A stretch of DNA of 56,858 nt from a virus (taxonomy: Duplodnaviria > Caudoviricetes): positions 1 to 56,858 of the IMG/VR virus record IMGVR_UViG_3300011441_000012; one strand, written 5' to 3'. Made by a program: the position numbers and the translations under genes. Positions 44,246 to 53,496 of this stretch are shown here, one piece after another. A model generated the notes under the pieces. The model searched no databases, was not told where the DNA came from, and saw only the letters and a program-made list of their open reading frames with translations. Within the stretch, counting starts at the first letter, position 1, and the number at the start of each line of letters is the position of its first letter.

Positions 44246-45366
44246 TAGATTTCGACAAACTTTCAGTCGCCATGACCATCCCGGTCGCTGTCGTGTCGCC
44301 AACCGGACCAGTCAATGGCGCCGTGGCTGAATACTTCCCATCCGGTGAAGACGAATCCTCAAACCTACCTCCCGGAGAGAGCAAGCCATCCATCTCCCTC
44401 CCTCCCATCGTTGACTCCGCCACCTTCATCGCCACCGAACTCCCGGAGCCTCCCTCCCTCATCAAAGGCTTGGTCCACCAAGGCACGAAAACCATCGTCG
44501 GCGGAGGCAGTAAGTCCTTCAAAACCTGGATTCAACTGGACGTGGCCATCTGTGTCGCCTACGGCCAGCCCTGGATGGGATTTGAAACCACCCCCGGTCG
44601 CGTCCTGTTCGTGAATTTTGAGATTCAGCCAGCCTTCTTCCAGCGCCGGCTCAAAACCATCATGGAATCCAAAGGCATCACCTTCGAGGAGGGCCGGCTC
44701 GACCTCTGGAATCTCCGGGGATTCTCCGCCGCCTACGGAATCCTCATCCCCCAGATCATCGAACGAATCAAATCTGTGGGCTACTCCCTCGTCATCCTCG
44801 ATCCCATCTACAAGCTCTACGGGTCGGCCAATGAAAACGATGCCTCCGAGGTGGCCCAACTCCTGAACTCCCTCGAAAAGGTCTGCGTCGAAACCGGAGC
44901 CGCCATCATGTTCGGCGCTCACTACTCAAAGGGCAACCAATCAACCAAAGAGTCTGTGGACCGCATCTCCGGCTCTGGCGTATTCGCCCGTGACCCGGAC
45001 TCCATCATCCCGTTCACCCGCCACGAGGAGGAAGGCTCTTTCGTGGTCGAGCCCACCTTGAGAAACCTAGCCCCGGTCCCGGCTTTTACCGTCACCTGGA
45101 ACTTCCCAATGATGGAGCGAAACGAGTCCTTGGACCCATCCAAATTGAAGCAGTCAGTTGGTCGCCCAAAAGAGCATTCCTCGCAAGCCATGCTGACCCT
45201 TCTAAATGACGGTCGTTTAACCAACGAAAAATGGCAGGAATTAGCCTCTGAAAGTCTCGGAATTTCGAGGGCAACCTTCTTTCGTCTGAAATCGGAGCTA
45301 AAGTCTCAAGGTCGCATAATGTTTTCTAGGGTGGACGAAACGTGGGTAAAGATTGAAAAGCAATAG
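44242..45366 (+). CDS. RepA-type (AAA_25, SF4-like) replicative helicase with C-terminal HTH
   Basis: GGSKSFKT, VLFVNFE, VILDP, HYSKG, SGSGVFARD. Confidence 0.88.
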   Translation: MIDFDKLSVAMTIPVAVVSPTGPVNGAVAEYFPSGEDESSNLPPGESKPSISLPPIVDSATFIATELPEPPSLIKGLVHQGTKTIVGGGSKSFKTWIQLDVAICVAYGQPWMGFETTPGRVLFVNFEIQPAFFQRRLKTIMESKGITFEEGRLDLWNLRGFSAAYGILIPQIIERIKSVGYSLVILDPIYKLYGSANENDASEVAQLLNSLEKVCVETGAAIMFGAHYSKGNQSTKESVDRISGSGVFARDPDSIIPFTRHEEEGSFVVEPTLRNLAPVPAFTVTWNFPMMERNESLDPSKLKQSVGRPKEHSSQAMLTLLNDGRLTNEKWQELASESLGISRATFFRLKSELKSQGRIMFSRVDETWVKIEKQ

Positions 45367-45380
45367 GTTGTGAAAACTCA

Positions 45381-45480
45381 GTCTCACAATCTCATAATTG
45401 TCTCAAAACTGTCTCAGAAGTCTCCAGTCTCAAAGTCTCATAACCCTTATAGGGTATGAGACTGAGACTAGACTGAGACT
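45381..45480. repeat. Iteron-like GTCTCA array with central palindrome; candidate replication origin
   Basis: Five exact and two near GTCTCA copies, a hairpin, then three TGAGAC. Confidence 0.75.
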
Positions 45481-45518
45481 TGGAGAGCGGAAAACAGCAT
45501 CCAAAAACCAACACCAAA

Positions 45519-45974
45519 ATGAGCACCCCCTACCAACTCGTAAAATCCCAGTGCGACTGCCACCAACCAGACGGCACCTGCCTGGGCATCACAACCAACG
45601 ACCAACTTCAGCTAATCCGGTTTCTCAAGGAAGGCTCGAAATGCCTCTTGGCCTACAACCCCATCAAACGCTGCCAGCACTTCGAGCAAGCCATCCTGCC
45701 CTACCGACCGGAAAACAAAGACTCCAGGCTCGAATCAAAACTCCAGAGCGACTGGAACGAAGGCTGCCACACCTACCGAATCGCCACAGGCTTCATGTCC
45801 GAAAAAGTCCGACTCTGCCCGCAATGCCGAAAATCCAAAATCGGTGAAGGCCGAAAACTCTGCGATCTCTGCAAGTCCAAAAACCGCAGAGAATCCAAAT
45901 CCCTGTCCGACCACAAGCGGAACACCGAGTCTAACTCACACAGTTCGTCACTTTCAGTCGTTGATAGCCAATAG
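45519..45974 (+). CDS. Cys-rich Zn-binding protein
   Basis: CPQC...CDLC plus additional Cys. Confidence 0.55.
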   Translation: MSTPYQLVKSQCDCHQPDGTCLGITTNDQLQLIRFLKEGSKCLLAYNPIKRCQHFEQAILPYRPENKDSRLESKLQSDWNEGCHTYRIATGFMSEKVRLCPQCRKSKIGEGRKLCDLCKSKNRRESKSLSDHKRNTESNSHSSSLSVVDSQ

Positions 45975-46296
45975 CTTGCAAGGCCACTTTTTGAGGTTGG
46001 CTACCCATATAGCGGACTCGTCAAAAACGGAGGTCTAAAAACTTGGGAAAAATCCGGGAAATTTTTGGGGGGAATTTTTGGAAAAATGAGGTGTCGAAAG
46101 AGGGTGTATTTCGTATCACGAGGTCGCGGAGTTCCCCCTCCCCCTCCCCTCCGCCCCCACGGTCCTAGCCAAAAAGAGATTCCTTGCTCTGAAATTCTCA
46201 AGGGACGGCCAGTGATCCGAGGCGATTAGAGTGTAAGGATTGCCAGCAACAGAACATAACCAATGTTGTGCATACATTATTATCTGTCGGCGTTCT

Positions 46297-46755
46297 TTAC
46301 ACTGTTGGAGGGTTGGACGTAGGCGGGACAGGCTCAGTGTCCACTTCAATCGCGACCTGGGGAGCAGGCTGCCGGCGCTTGGATTGGTCAGTCTTGAGCA
46401 CTCCTGGTTTGGCTTGGCCAGTGACGAGGTGATACACTTCGCGGACGTTCTTGAGGGCTTGGGCAAGGGCCGAGACAGCCTTTGCATCGTCGTTGCCTGT
46501 CATCCGTTCAATCAACTCATCTTGCACGCGCTCTAGCCTAGTCGCTGGGGAATCAATCGCAGGAGTCGTCTCTGGTTGCGTTATTGGCGTCTCTGGTATC
46601 GCTGGAGGATTCGCCGCTAACTCCGCTGCCCTTTCCTTGCGTCTAATATGCGACAGCCTAGCCATCTCTGCGGCCCTTGATCCGGTGAATAGCCAAGGCT
46701 TATCTATGGCTTGCGGTTCGCTACGGTCAGCTTGCGGTAGTTCTGCGGTAATCAT
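46297..46755 (-). CDS. Terminase small subunit-like protein
   Basis: FT...AAEMA N-terminus, helical core, L.TG.AKPG motif; isolated gene. Family call is an inference. Confidence 0.45.
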   Translation of the reverse strand: MITAELPQADRSEPQAIDKPWLFTGSRAAEMARLSHIRRKERAAELAANPPAIPETPITQPETTPAIDSPATRLERVQDELIERMTGNDDAKAVSALAQALKNVREVYHLVTGQAKPGVLKTDQSKRRQPAPQVAIEVDTEPVPPTSNPPTV

Positions 46756-46891
46756 TGGCTTTCCTACGGTCAGCTTTCCAATACCTCACTACGCACTTTC
46801 CCGCAAGTTGATAAGCATTATGCTTACGTATTCCTACCTACCTCCTATCCGTATTTCCGCCACACACCTTAGTTCACTATTTGGTGGACTC

Positions 46892-46909
46892 TTGACGGGA
46901 AAGGGTGAA
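46892..46909 (+). promoter_or_regulatory. TTGAC-N8-GTGAA motif, copy 6
   Basis: TTGACgggaaaggGTGAA at the head of the early-gene block. Confidence 0.75.
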
Positions 46910-46954
46910 TAGTTCGAGTGACGATAGTTAAACCTAAAACCGAAAGATGACGAC

Positions 46955-49900
46955 ATGAAAACGCTAACTCTAACACCAAGTCAAATCTACCATCGCAAAA
47001 ACAAACTCTGGAAAGCCTATTCCGACTTTGCCAAACGTGTTCGCAAAGCCTTCTTTCCAGACACTGACGGCGTGAGTCTCTATTTGCATAATTGGTATAT
47101 CTGCGCAGAGAAGTCTAACCCCAAAGGCGCAAAGCTGGCGCAATGGGTAGAGGATTCCACTTATGCGCGATACAAGAAATTGGAAGCGAAACTGGAATTT
47201 GACGCCGTTGAACGTGAACACAAGTTTGGCAACCATAGCAAGCGCAACGGAGGATTTGATCCGCTCTGGTGTCCTATCTGCAATCCTCACAAGGCTTCCG
47301 CTTACGGCTATGTGATGGTCAATGGAAAGTGGATTGACGAGAAGTATGCCAGTCTATTGCCCGAACAAAAGTTTGCTCTGGTTTCCAACTAACTCCACAC
47401 CCCCGCTACACACCATGAAAACTAAAACGACGAAACTCGAAACAATTACATACACGCTGCCCTCCTATTGGGCCAGCTATCTAATCAACGGAGATGCATC
47501 AGGCATTAGTGACGATGATCAAGCGCAGGCTGATGCGTTCTTAAAACGCGAAGGTCTGCCGTCGCCTTGCTCATGCTCTGATGAATCTTGGTTCGCGCAT
47601 CGCAATGACGCCGGAACGCTGGCGGGCGATGTATTGGACTATACTTTTTTCATTCACGCTTAATCCCCACACCCCAAACCAAAAGACTATGAAACAAAAA
47701 AACTATATCCCAGTTGACGGCATTGAAGATGGAATTGACTTCGATGCTCACTACAAGATCGGCCCAGTTGCCGTTTCTTGGCGCTTGCTTGGCTGGCACG
47801 CTGAATGGGTGCCGATTATGTGCTATTGCACGGATGACGACGGCAACGAATACGAGACGGAAAGCGGAGAATTTGAACAAGAGGCTGACTGCTCCAAAGT
47901 TGTGGCTGTCATGGTTGGTGACGACAGGAAACACATCGTTGACCGTGACGACATTGAGCTAATCCCCGAGGATAGCTTTTGCCGATCCTGCGGTCAGATT
48001 GGATGCGGTTGTAACGTGTACGCCTAGCTCTAATCCCTCCCCGTTTCCCCCTGGCTTCAAGTCGCGGGGAAAGGGGCGGGGATAGACAACCATAAAAACG
48101 ACGATATGAACACAGCGACTAAAATCTACCTAGCTCTAGGACTGGACAAAGCGACGACAATACGACGGATGGCCGCGCATGTGGCTTGCGTCTATTGGAT
48201 GGAGATGCACCGCTACGGAGAAATTGCCGGCAACATCAAATCAATGGAGCGTATTTGCAAACGTTTCCACGTTGGAGATTTTATCTGCGCCCTTGCTCCC
48301 CACTATCCGATTAGGAAGTAACAGCAAACCACAAAACCAAAGAAAGAAACGACGAAATGAAAACGACGATTGAAACGACGACGGATATTTTCCCGCCCTC
48401 CATCCTGACCAAAAACCAAAAGAAAAAGTTCGGCCCTAAATCCTACATGGAGCACGGGAGCCGGATGAGCATAACGGCAGAGGTCCGCTATGATGACCAA
48501 TGCGGAAACGGTCATAACTCGTTTTCCATCACGGCGGAAATTCGCTGCAACGGGCGAGAAGATTCTTTTGGGTGCTGCCACGATGAGGTTGCCAAGCATT
48601 TCCCCGAACTGGCTCCGCTAATCAAATGGCACCTAACGTCATCAGATGGTCCGATGCACTACGTTGCGAACACGGTTTACCATGCCACACAGCACGGACC
48701 GAAAAGCGCATGGGTGTATTTCGAGGACAAAAATAACGGCATTTCCCGGCATTGCGTCAAATACTGCGACCTAGACGAGGCGCAGAGCATTTGCACAACG
48801 AGAGGCTATACAATGGAAGTTGACGCAAAGACGGCAAAGGAAGCCAACCTGGATCACGCCCGCTCATCGGCAGTATGGCCGGAAGCAACACAGGAACAAC
48901 TTCTGGATAAAGACGCGCTACTGGGCCGCCTCCCTGCGCTCATGCTGGAATTCAAGGCGGCAGTGGAGTCTTTGGGATTTGTTTATTAACCCACACCAAC
49001 CTAGAACACACCACACCATGAAACTAAACAGTATTGCAGCAAATCAAACTGAAGTCGAACGCGCCGACGGATCAACCGTTTTCTATTCTTACAAAACGCC
49101 AGTTGCCGTCTTTGTTCCTGGCCGTGGCGCACTGGTCACGTCCAAGAAATACAGCAAAACGACAAGCAAGCACATCACCCAGACCGTTAACCGTTGGGGA
49201 GCTACGCGCCACGAGGTTGAACAGGACGAGATTGATAAGTTGTCGGCATAGCCACATCTCCCCTCCCCGGTTGCTCTAAAACTAGGGCACGGACTCGTCA
49301 TCCGGGTTTGCCGGGGAGGGGTAAATTTGAACCAGACCGAAAACGACGGGAAAACTGAAAAGACTTATGAAAACTGAACACACACCGACGCCGTGGGAAA
49401 TTGGCATCAGCCACACAGAAGAAATCGCAATCCGTCATCCCGAAGGCGATTGCATTGCTACCGTATGCGACCTGTTAGAAGGAGAGGCGCAAGCCAACGC
49501 CTCATTCATCGTCCGCGCCTGCAATTCTCATGACGAGCTTGTGGCTTGCTTGGAGGATATTCTGGACGCTGACGGCGACTTAAACGTGATGGACTTCAAC
49601 CGCTACCGTGCCGCCCTAAAGAAAGCGAGCGCCAAATGAGCGACTTCACCCGCTACCACCAACTACGCGAAGCAATGGCCGCAATGCTCAAGGCCGGCCA
49701 GTTTCAAACCCTGCCGTTCCAGGATGCGTGGCTCGCATCAGAGCGCATTAAAAACCGGCATGGGGGAATGCCTCCGTTGCCGGATGACTACGAAGCGGAC
49801 AACATGGAACAGGCAGAGACGGCGAACCTTCAAGGATTGCGATGAAACAACCAATCACATTCAAAAAATTCTCGCCTCAATGGTTCCAGAATTACATCGC

Positions 49901-50448
49901 TCTGCGCCAGCTAGCTTTTGAGCGATCAATGGACCGTGGCGACTATCACGCCGCGAATATCGCTTGTGCTCAAAAGCAATGGGCTGAAATGCGATTGGCG
50001 GACATGACAGAAACAAACGAGGACGGCAGGGCAATTCAGAAAACAATTAAATACAAAAAGGAAACTAAATGAAAGTTGTAATCAAATGTCCATACTGCGG
50101 GATTGAACATGAGCGTGAATATGACGTTGAAATCGTGCGCCCTAAGGTAGAAAACTGCGACTGTGAATCCGGGGGCTGCGATAAGTATTTCGCTGTGACA
50201 GTTTGGTTCAAGCCGGAGGTGCAAGCCTTCAAGGTGCAACCCGCATGACCCCCATCACCCCCGAAATGGTTGACCGCTTTGCCGTAGCAATGCGCCACGG
50301 CTATTACTGGTGCATCCCATGCCAAAAGATCGTCGAACCCGTGAACCAAGGCGAGGCTAACCTGCAACGCTGCCCGGATTGCGACTGTGCGCGGATAGCG
50401 TTTTATCCGGCAGTCCTGCCCGGTTCAAAAGACGACGAAAACATTTGA
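46955..50448 (+). other. Early small-gene block: 46955-47392, 47415-47663, 47689-48027, 48106-48321, 48357-48989, 49018-49251, 49367-49639, 49636-49845, 49842-50072, 50069-50248, 50245-50448
   Basis: Familiar phage early-gene motifs (WASYLINGD, GCCHDE..HFPEL..LIKWHL, FYSY.T.VA..YSKTTSKH, HTP.PW); A/C-rich leaders. Confidence 0.7.
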
Positions 50449-50463
50449 CTCCCCTCCCCAAAC

Positions 50464-50481
50464 TTGACAGAATCCAGTGAA
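50464..50481 (+). promoter_or_regulatory. TTGAC-N8-GTGAA motif, copy 7
   Basis: TTGACagaatccaGTGAAaag, nearly identical to copy 1. Confidence 0.8.
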
Positions 50482-50489
50482 AAGTAAAT

Positions 50490-50867
50490 ATGAAGATGCC
50501 GAAGTCAACGAAAGCTGAAACTGAAGGAAAGTCCACGCGGTTTCTGTTGAGCGAACGGGAGCGAGTTCGGCGGTCATTGCACCGCCGCAGCCGGCAACGG
50601 CGAGAGCGAACAAGTAGCGAGATGCAGATTTCTATCACCGGAGGTCGCAAGGCCGAGCGAGGGACAAACGAATCAACTGAGCCTGATATTTCGGCATCTT
50701 CTGTTGTTTACCTAGCCCGCGCAAACGGCGCACTGGTGGAATCACATCGAAACCGAAATGGCGATTTGCCGGAAGGAATGGAGATGGCCGCATTCATGGC
50801 TACGTTCCATCCAACCTTCAAAACAAAAAAGGAACACAAAGAACATACCCGAAAAGAAAGTTTATGA
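50490..50867 (+). CDS. Hypothetical basic protein
   Basis: ORF directly after the motif; reading frame uncertain. Confidence 0.35.
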   Translation: MKMPKSTKAETEGKSTRFLLSERERVRRSLHRRSRQRRERTSSEMQISITGGRKAERGTNESTEPDISASSVVYLARANGALVESHRNRNGDLPEGMEMAAFMATFHPTFKTKKEHKEHTRKESL

Positions 50868-50990
50868 GCGCGTGGCGTCGAGAGACGTATCTGAACTCGG
50901 GAGGCATTTGCCATTTGGCTTTTGCGCCCGTGACTTGTCCGGCTGCAAAGAAAGACCCGGCACGCGCTCAACCAAATAACACACACCACT

Positions 50991-51872
50991 ATGAGCAAAC
51001 TAAAAGCAAAACCACCAGAAGAAGTAACCCCAGGCAAAACCAAAGGCATGATCTTCGGCGCATCAGGCGTAGGCAAGACATGGTTCACACTGACATTCCC
51101 AAATCCCTACTACCTCGACACCGAGGGCGGGGCTGATCTGGCGCACTATCAAGATCGCCTAAAGAAATCGGGCGGTGCTTACCTCGGACCAAAAGACGGC
51201 ACGCTTGGATTTGATTTCGTCATTGAGCAGATGCAGGCGCTCGCCACAGAGAAGCACCAGTACAAGACGCTCATCGTTGATTCCATAACCAAGCTTTACC
51301 AGACGGCCATCGCCAACGAAGCAGAGCGGCTGGGCGACAAGGATGCGTTTGGCGCGTCCAAGAAACCCGCCATCGCTGGGATGCGGCGGTTGGTGAATTG
51401 GGCAATGAAGCTCGACATGAACATCTGGTTTGTGGCTCACGACACTGCCGAATGGGGTGTTGATTCCAAGACCGGACAGCGAACCGAAATCGGTCGCATC
51501 CCTGATGTATGGGACAAGCTGATTTACGAGCTACACCTGACGCTGCAAGCGGTCAAGCGCGGCCCGGCGCGGATCGCCATTGTAAAAAAGTCCCGGCTGC
51601 TCGGCTTCCCTGACTTGGAGAATTTCCCGCTGGAATACGCCGATTTCGCCAAACGATACGGCAAAGACTACATCGAATCCGAAACGCACCAAATTGTGTT
51701 TGCCACGACGGAACAGGTCGGTGAAATTGCGCGGCTGTTGTCTGTGGTCAAGGTGACAGAATCCGAGATCGAAAAAGTTTGGACGAAAGCCGGCGTCGAA
51801 AGCTGGAATGAATTGTCCACGGAACAGGCCGCCTCTACTGTCACTTGGCTCAAGAAGAAAATTGCCGCTTAA
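50991..51872 (+). CDS. AAA_24/Sak4-like ATPase (recombination)
   Basis: GASGVGKT, LDTEGG, LIVDSIT, FVAH motifs. Confidence 0.85.
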   Translation: MSKLKAKPPEEVTPGKTKGMIFGASGVGKTWFTLTFPNPYYLDTEGGADLAHYQDRLKKSGGAYLGPKDGTLGFDFVIEQMQALATEKHQYKTLIVDSITKLYQTAIANEAERLGDKDAFGASKKPAIAGMRRLVNWAMKLDMNIWFVAHDTAEWGVDSKTGQRTEIGRIPDVWDKLIYELHLTLQAVKRGPARIAIVKKSRLLGFPDLENFPLEYADFAKRYGKDYIESETHQIVFATTEQVGEIARLLSVVKVTESEIEKVWTKAGVESWNELSTEQAASTVTWLKKKIAA

Positions 51873-51884
51873 CCACCAAAACTT

Positions 51885-52385
51885 ATGCCCATTCAATTCC
51901 AACCCAAAAAAGAATCCGAGATCAAACGCTTCTCCAATCTGCCTCCCGGAGATTACCCCTTCACCGTGCTGGCGTCTCAGGAACAGGCCAGCAAATCGGC
52001 CAAGAACAATGGCAGGCTCATGTGCGTCGTAAAGCTGAACGTGCACGGACCGGATTCGGACAAGCACGTTTATGACTACTTCGCGGATTGGTTCAGCGAG
52101 TGGAAGCTGAAGCACTTCATGGAAACCACGGGTAACGCGCAGGCGTATCTCTCTGGCGGTGTGGACTCGTCTGGTGGCCAATGGGAAGGCTGGCAGGGGT
52201 TCGTGAAGCTGGACGTGGAGAGCGACGAGAAATACGGCGATAAGAACGTGGTAGTGGATTATCTGCCGAAGGAAAATCAGACTGTTGAATCTCTCGACTT
52301 TTCCAATCCCACGGCAGCAAGCAAAGCTGAACCAAAAAAGAAAAATGAAACCGTGCCCCCACCCGACGACGACATCCCATTCTGA
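51885..52385 (+). CDS. Phage SSB (DUF669-like)
   Basis: LPPGDY.F.V, WKLK.F, acidic DDDIPF tail; follows the Sak4-like gene. Confidence 0.75.
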   Translation: MPIQFQPKKESEIKRFSNLPPGDYPFTVLASQEQASKSAKNNGRLMCVVKLNVHGPDSDKHVYDYFADWFSEWKLKHFMETTGNAQAYLSGGVDSSGGQWEGWQGFVKLDVESDEKYGDKNVVVDYLPKENQTVESLDFSNPTAASKAEPKKKNETVPPPDDDIPF

Positions 52386-52401
52386 AACAATTACAATTTG
52401 T

Positions 52402-52611
52402 TTGAAGCCACCATCCCCACGTCACCGGAAAGTCATTGAGATGCTGTCCAATCGACCACTTAACACATTCCAAGTCGCCAGCGTCCTGAGAATCCCAAGG
52501 CGCGTCACCACCACCCTCCTGCACTACATGGAGGAACGCGGGATGATTCGCCGGTCGCAGGTTGGCCGGGCTGGGAAGCGCGGGTATCCGGCAGTGTGGG
52601 GTATTAAATAA
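52402..52611 (+). CDS. Winged-HTH protein
   Basis: PLNTFQVASVL...L.YMEERGMI; start uncertain. Confidence 0.55.
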   Translation: MKPPSPRHRKVIEMLSNRPLNTFQVASVLRIPRRVTTTLLHYMEERGMIRRSQVGRAGKRGYPAVWGIK

Positions 52612-52612
52612 C

Positions 52613-52987
52613 ATGGTCACATACTCCTACTCCGACTACATGGCTCTAGATGCGAAGCTGTCCAAGTCCAGGTCACACCCTGGGGCTGCGGAGCGTGAAA
52701 CCGGCAAAGGCGGGCTGCACGAGCAGATCATGGACTACTGCAACGCGCAATGGCCGCGCTGGAAATTTATCCACTCGCGCACGGATCAGAAGTCCACGGT
52801 GGCGGTTGGGAGTCACGACTTCACGATATTCCTACCTGGTGGCCGAACGGTCTTGATAGAGTGCAAGGCGAAAGGCGGAAAACTGTCCAACGAGCAACTG
52901 GCTTGGGCGAAGGAGTTATCCCTGCTCGGGCATGGGGTTAATGTGGTGTTCTCGCTTGAAGAATTTAAGAGGGTGGTGGAATTATGA
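52613..52987 (+). CDS. VRR-NUC nuclease (Holliday-junction resolvase-like)
   Basis: G.HD...IECK..GGKLS.EQ PD-(D/E)xK pattern. Confidence 0.85.
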   Translation: MVTYSYSDYMALDAKLSKSRSHPGAAERETGKGGLHEQIMDYCNAQWPRWKFIHSRTDQKSTVAVGSHDFTIFLPGGRTVLIECKAKGGKLSNEQLAWAKELSLLGHGVNVVFSLEEFKRVVEL

Positions 52988-53495
52988 CCAATCTTGAACT
53001 AGAGGCCATCCGAGCACTTCCTGAATCAATGATCGTGGATGGCATAGTGCTCTGCGAGTTCAATGGGAAGGTGGTGCTCGCGGAACGCAATAGCATCCCG
53101 CTGATGTACGATCCCGCAACCAAGGAATGGGTGAAATTTAACCCTGATCGCCTTACTCCCATTTCAACTGGTTAGTCATGGACCTAATCCCAAATCCAGA
53201 ATACGAAGCGGCTGAACTAGAGGCATCGGTTCTTGACGCGGCTGGAAACCGGATGTCAGAAATGACGGTGTGCCGGTTGTATGGGAGGATTAGACCTCCG
53301 CGCTATAAGAGAAATTCTGACGGTAGTTTTGCGGAGGTTCTGCCGTTTCTCACTGGTAAAATGTGGTGCAAAACTCACAACCGAGAGGCGATTTTCAATG
53401 ATGGAGAATGGAAGTGCGACAAGCGCCTCGGCGGCATCATGTTTCCATGCCAAGTTGAACTCACTCCCCCTTCATCGGGTAGTGCGGATTCTTGA
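52984..53495 (+). other. Two small CDS (52984-53175, 53178-53495)
   Basis: Last plus-strand genes, converging on the giant gene. Confidence 0.55.
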
Positions 53496-53496
53496 G

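Noticed and set aside
45381-45480. Possible CRISPR or mini-array
   Set aside because: Units are 6-mers with 2-5 nt gaps; there are no spacers or cas genes. It fits iterons better.
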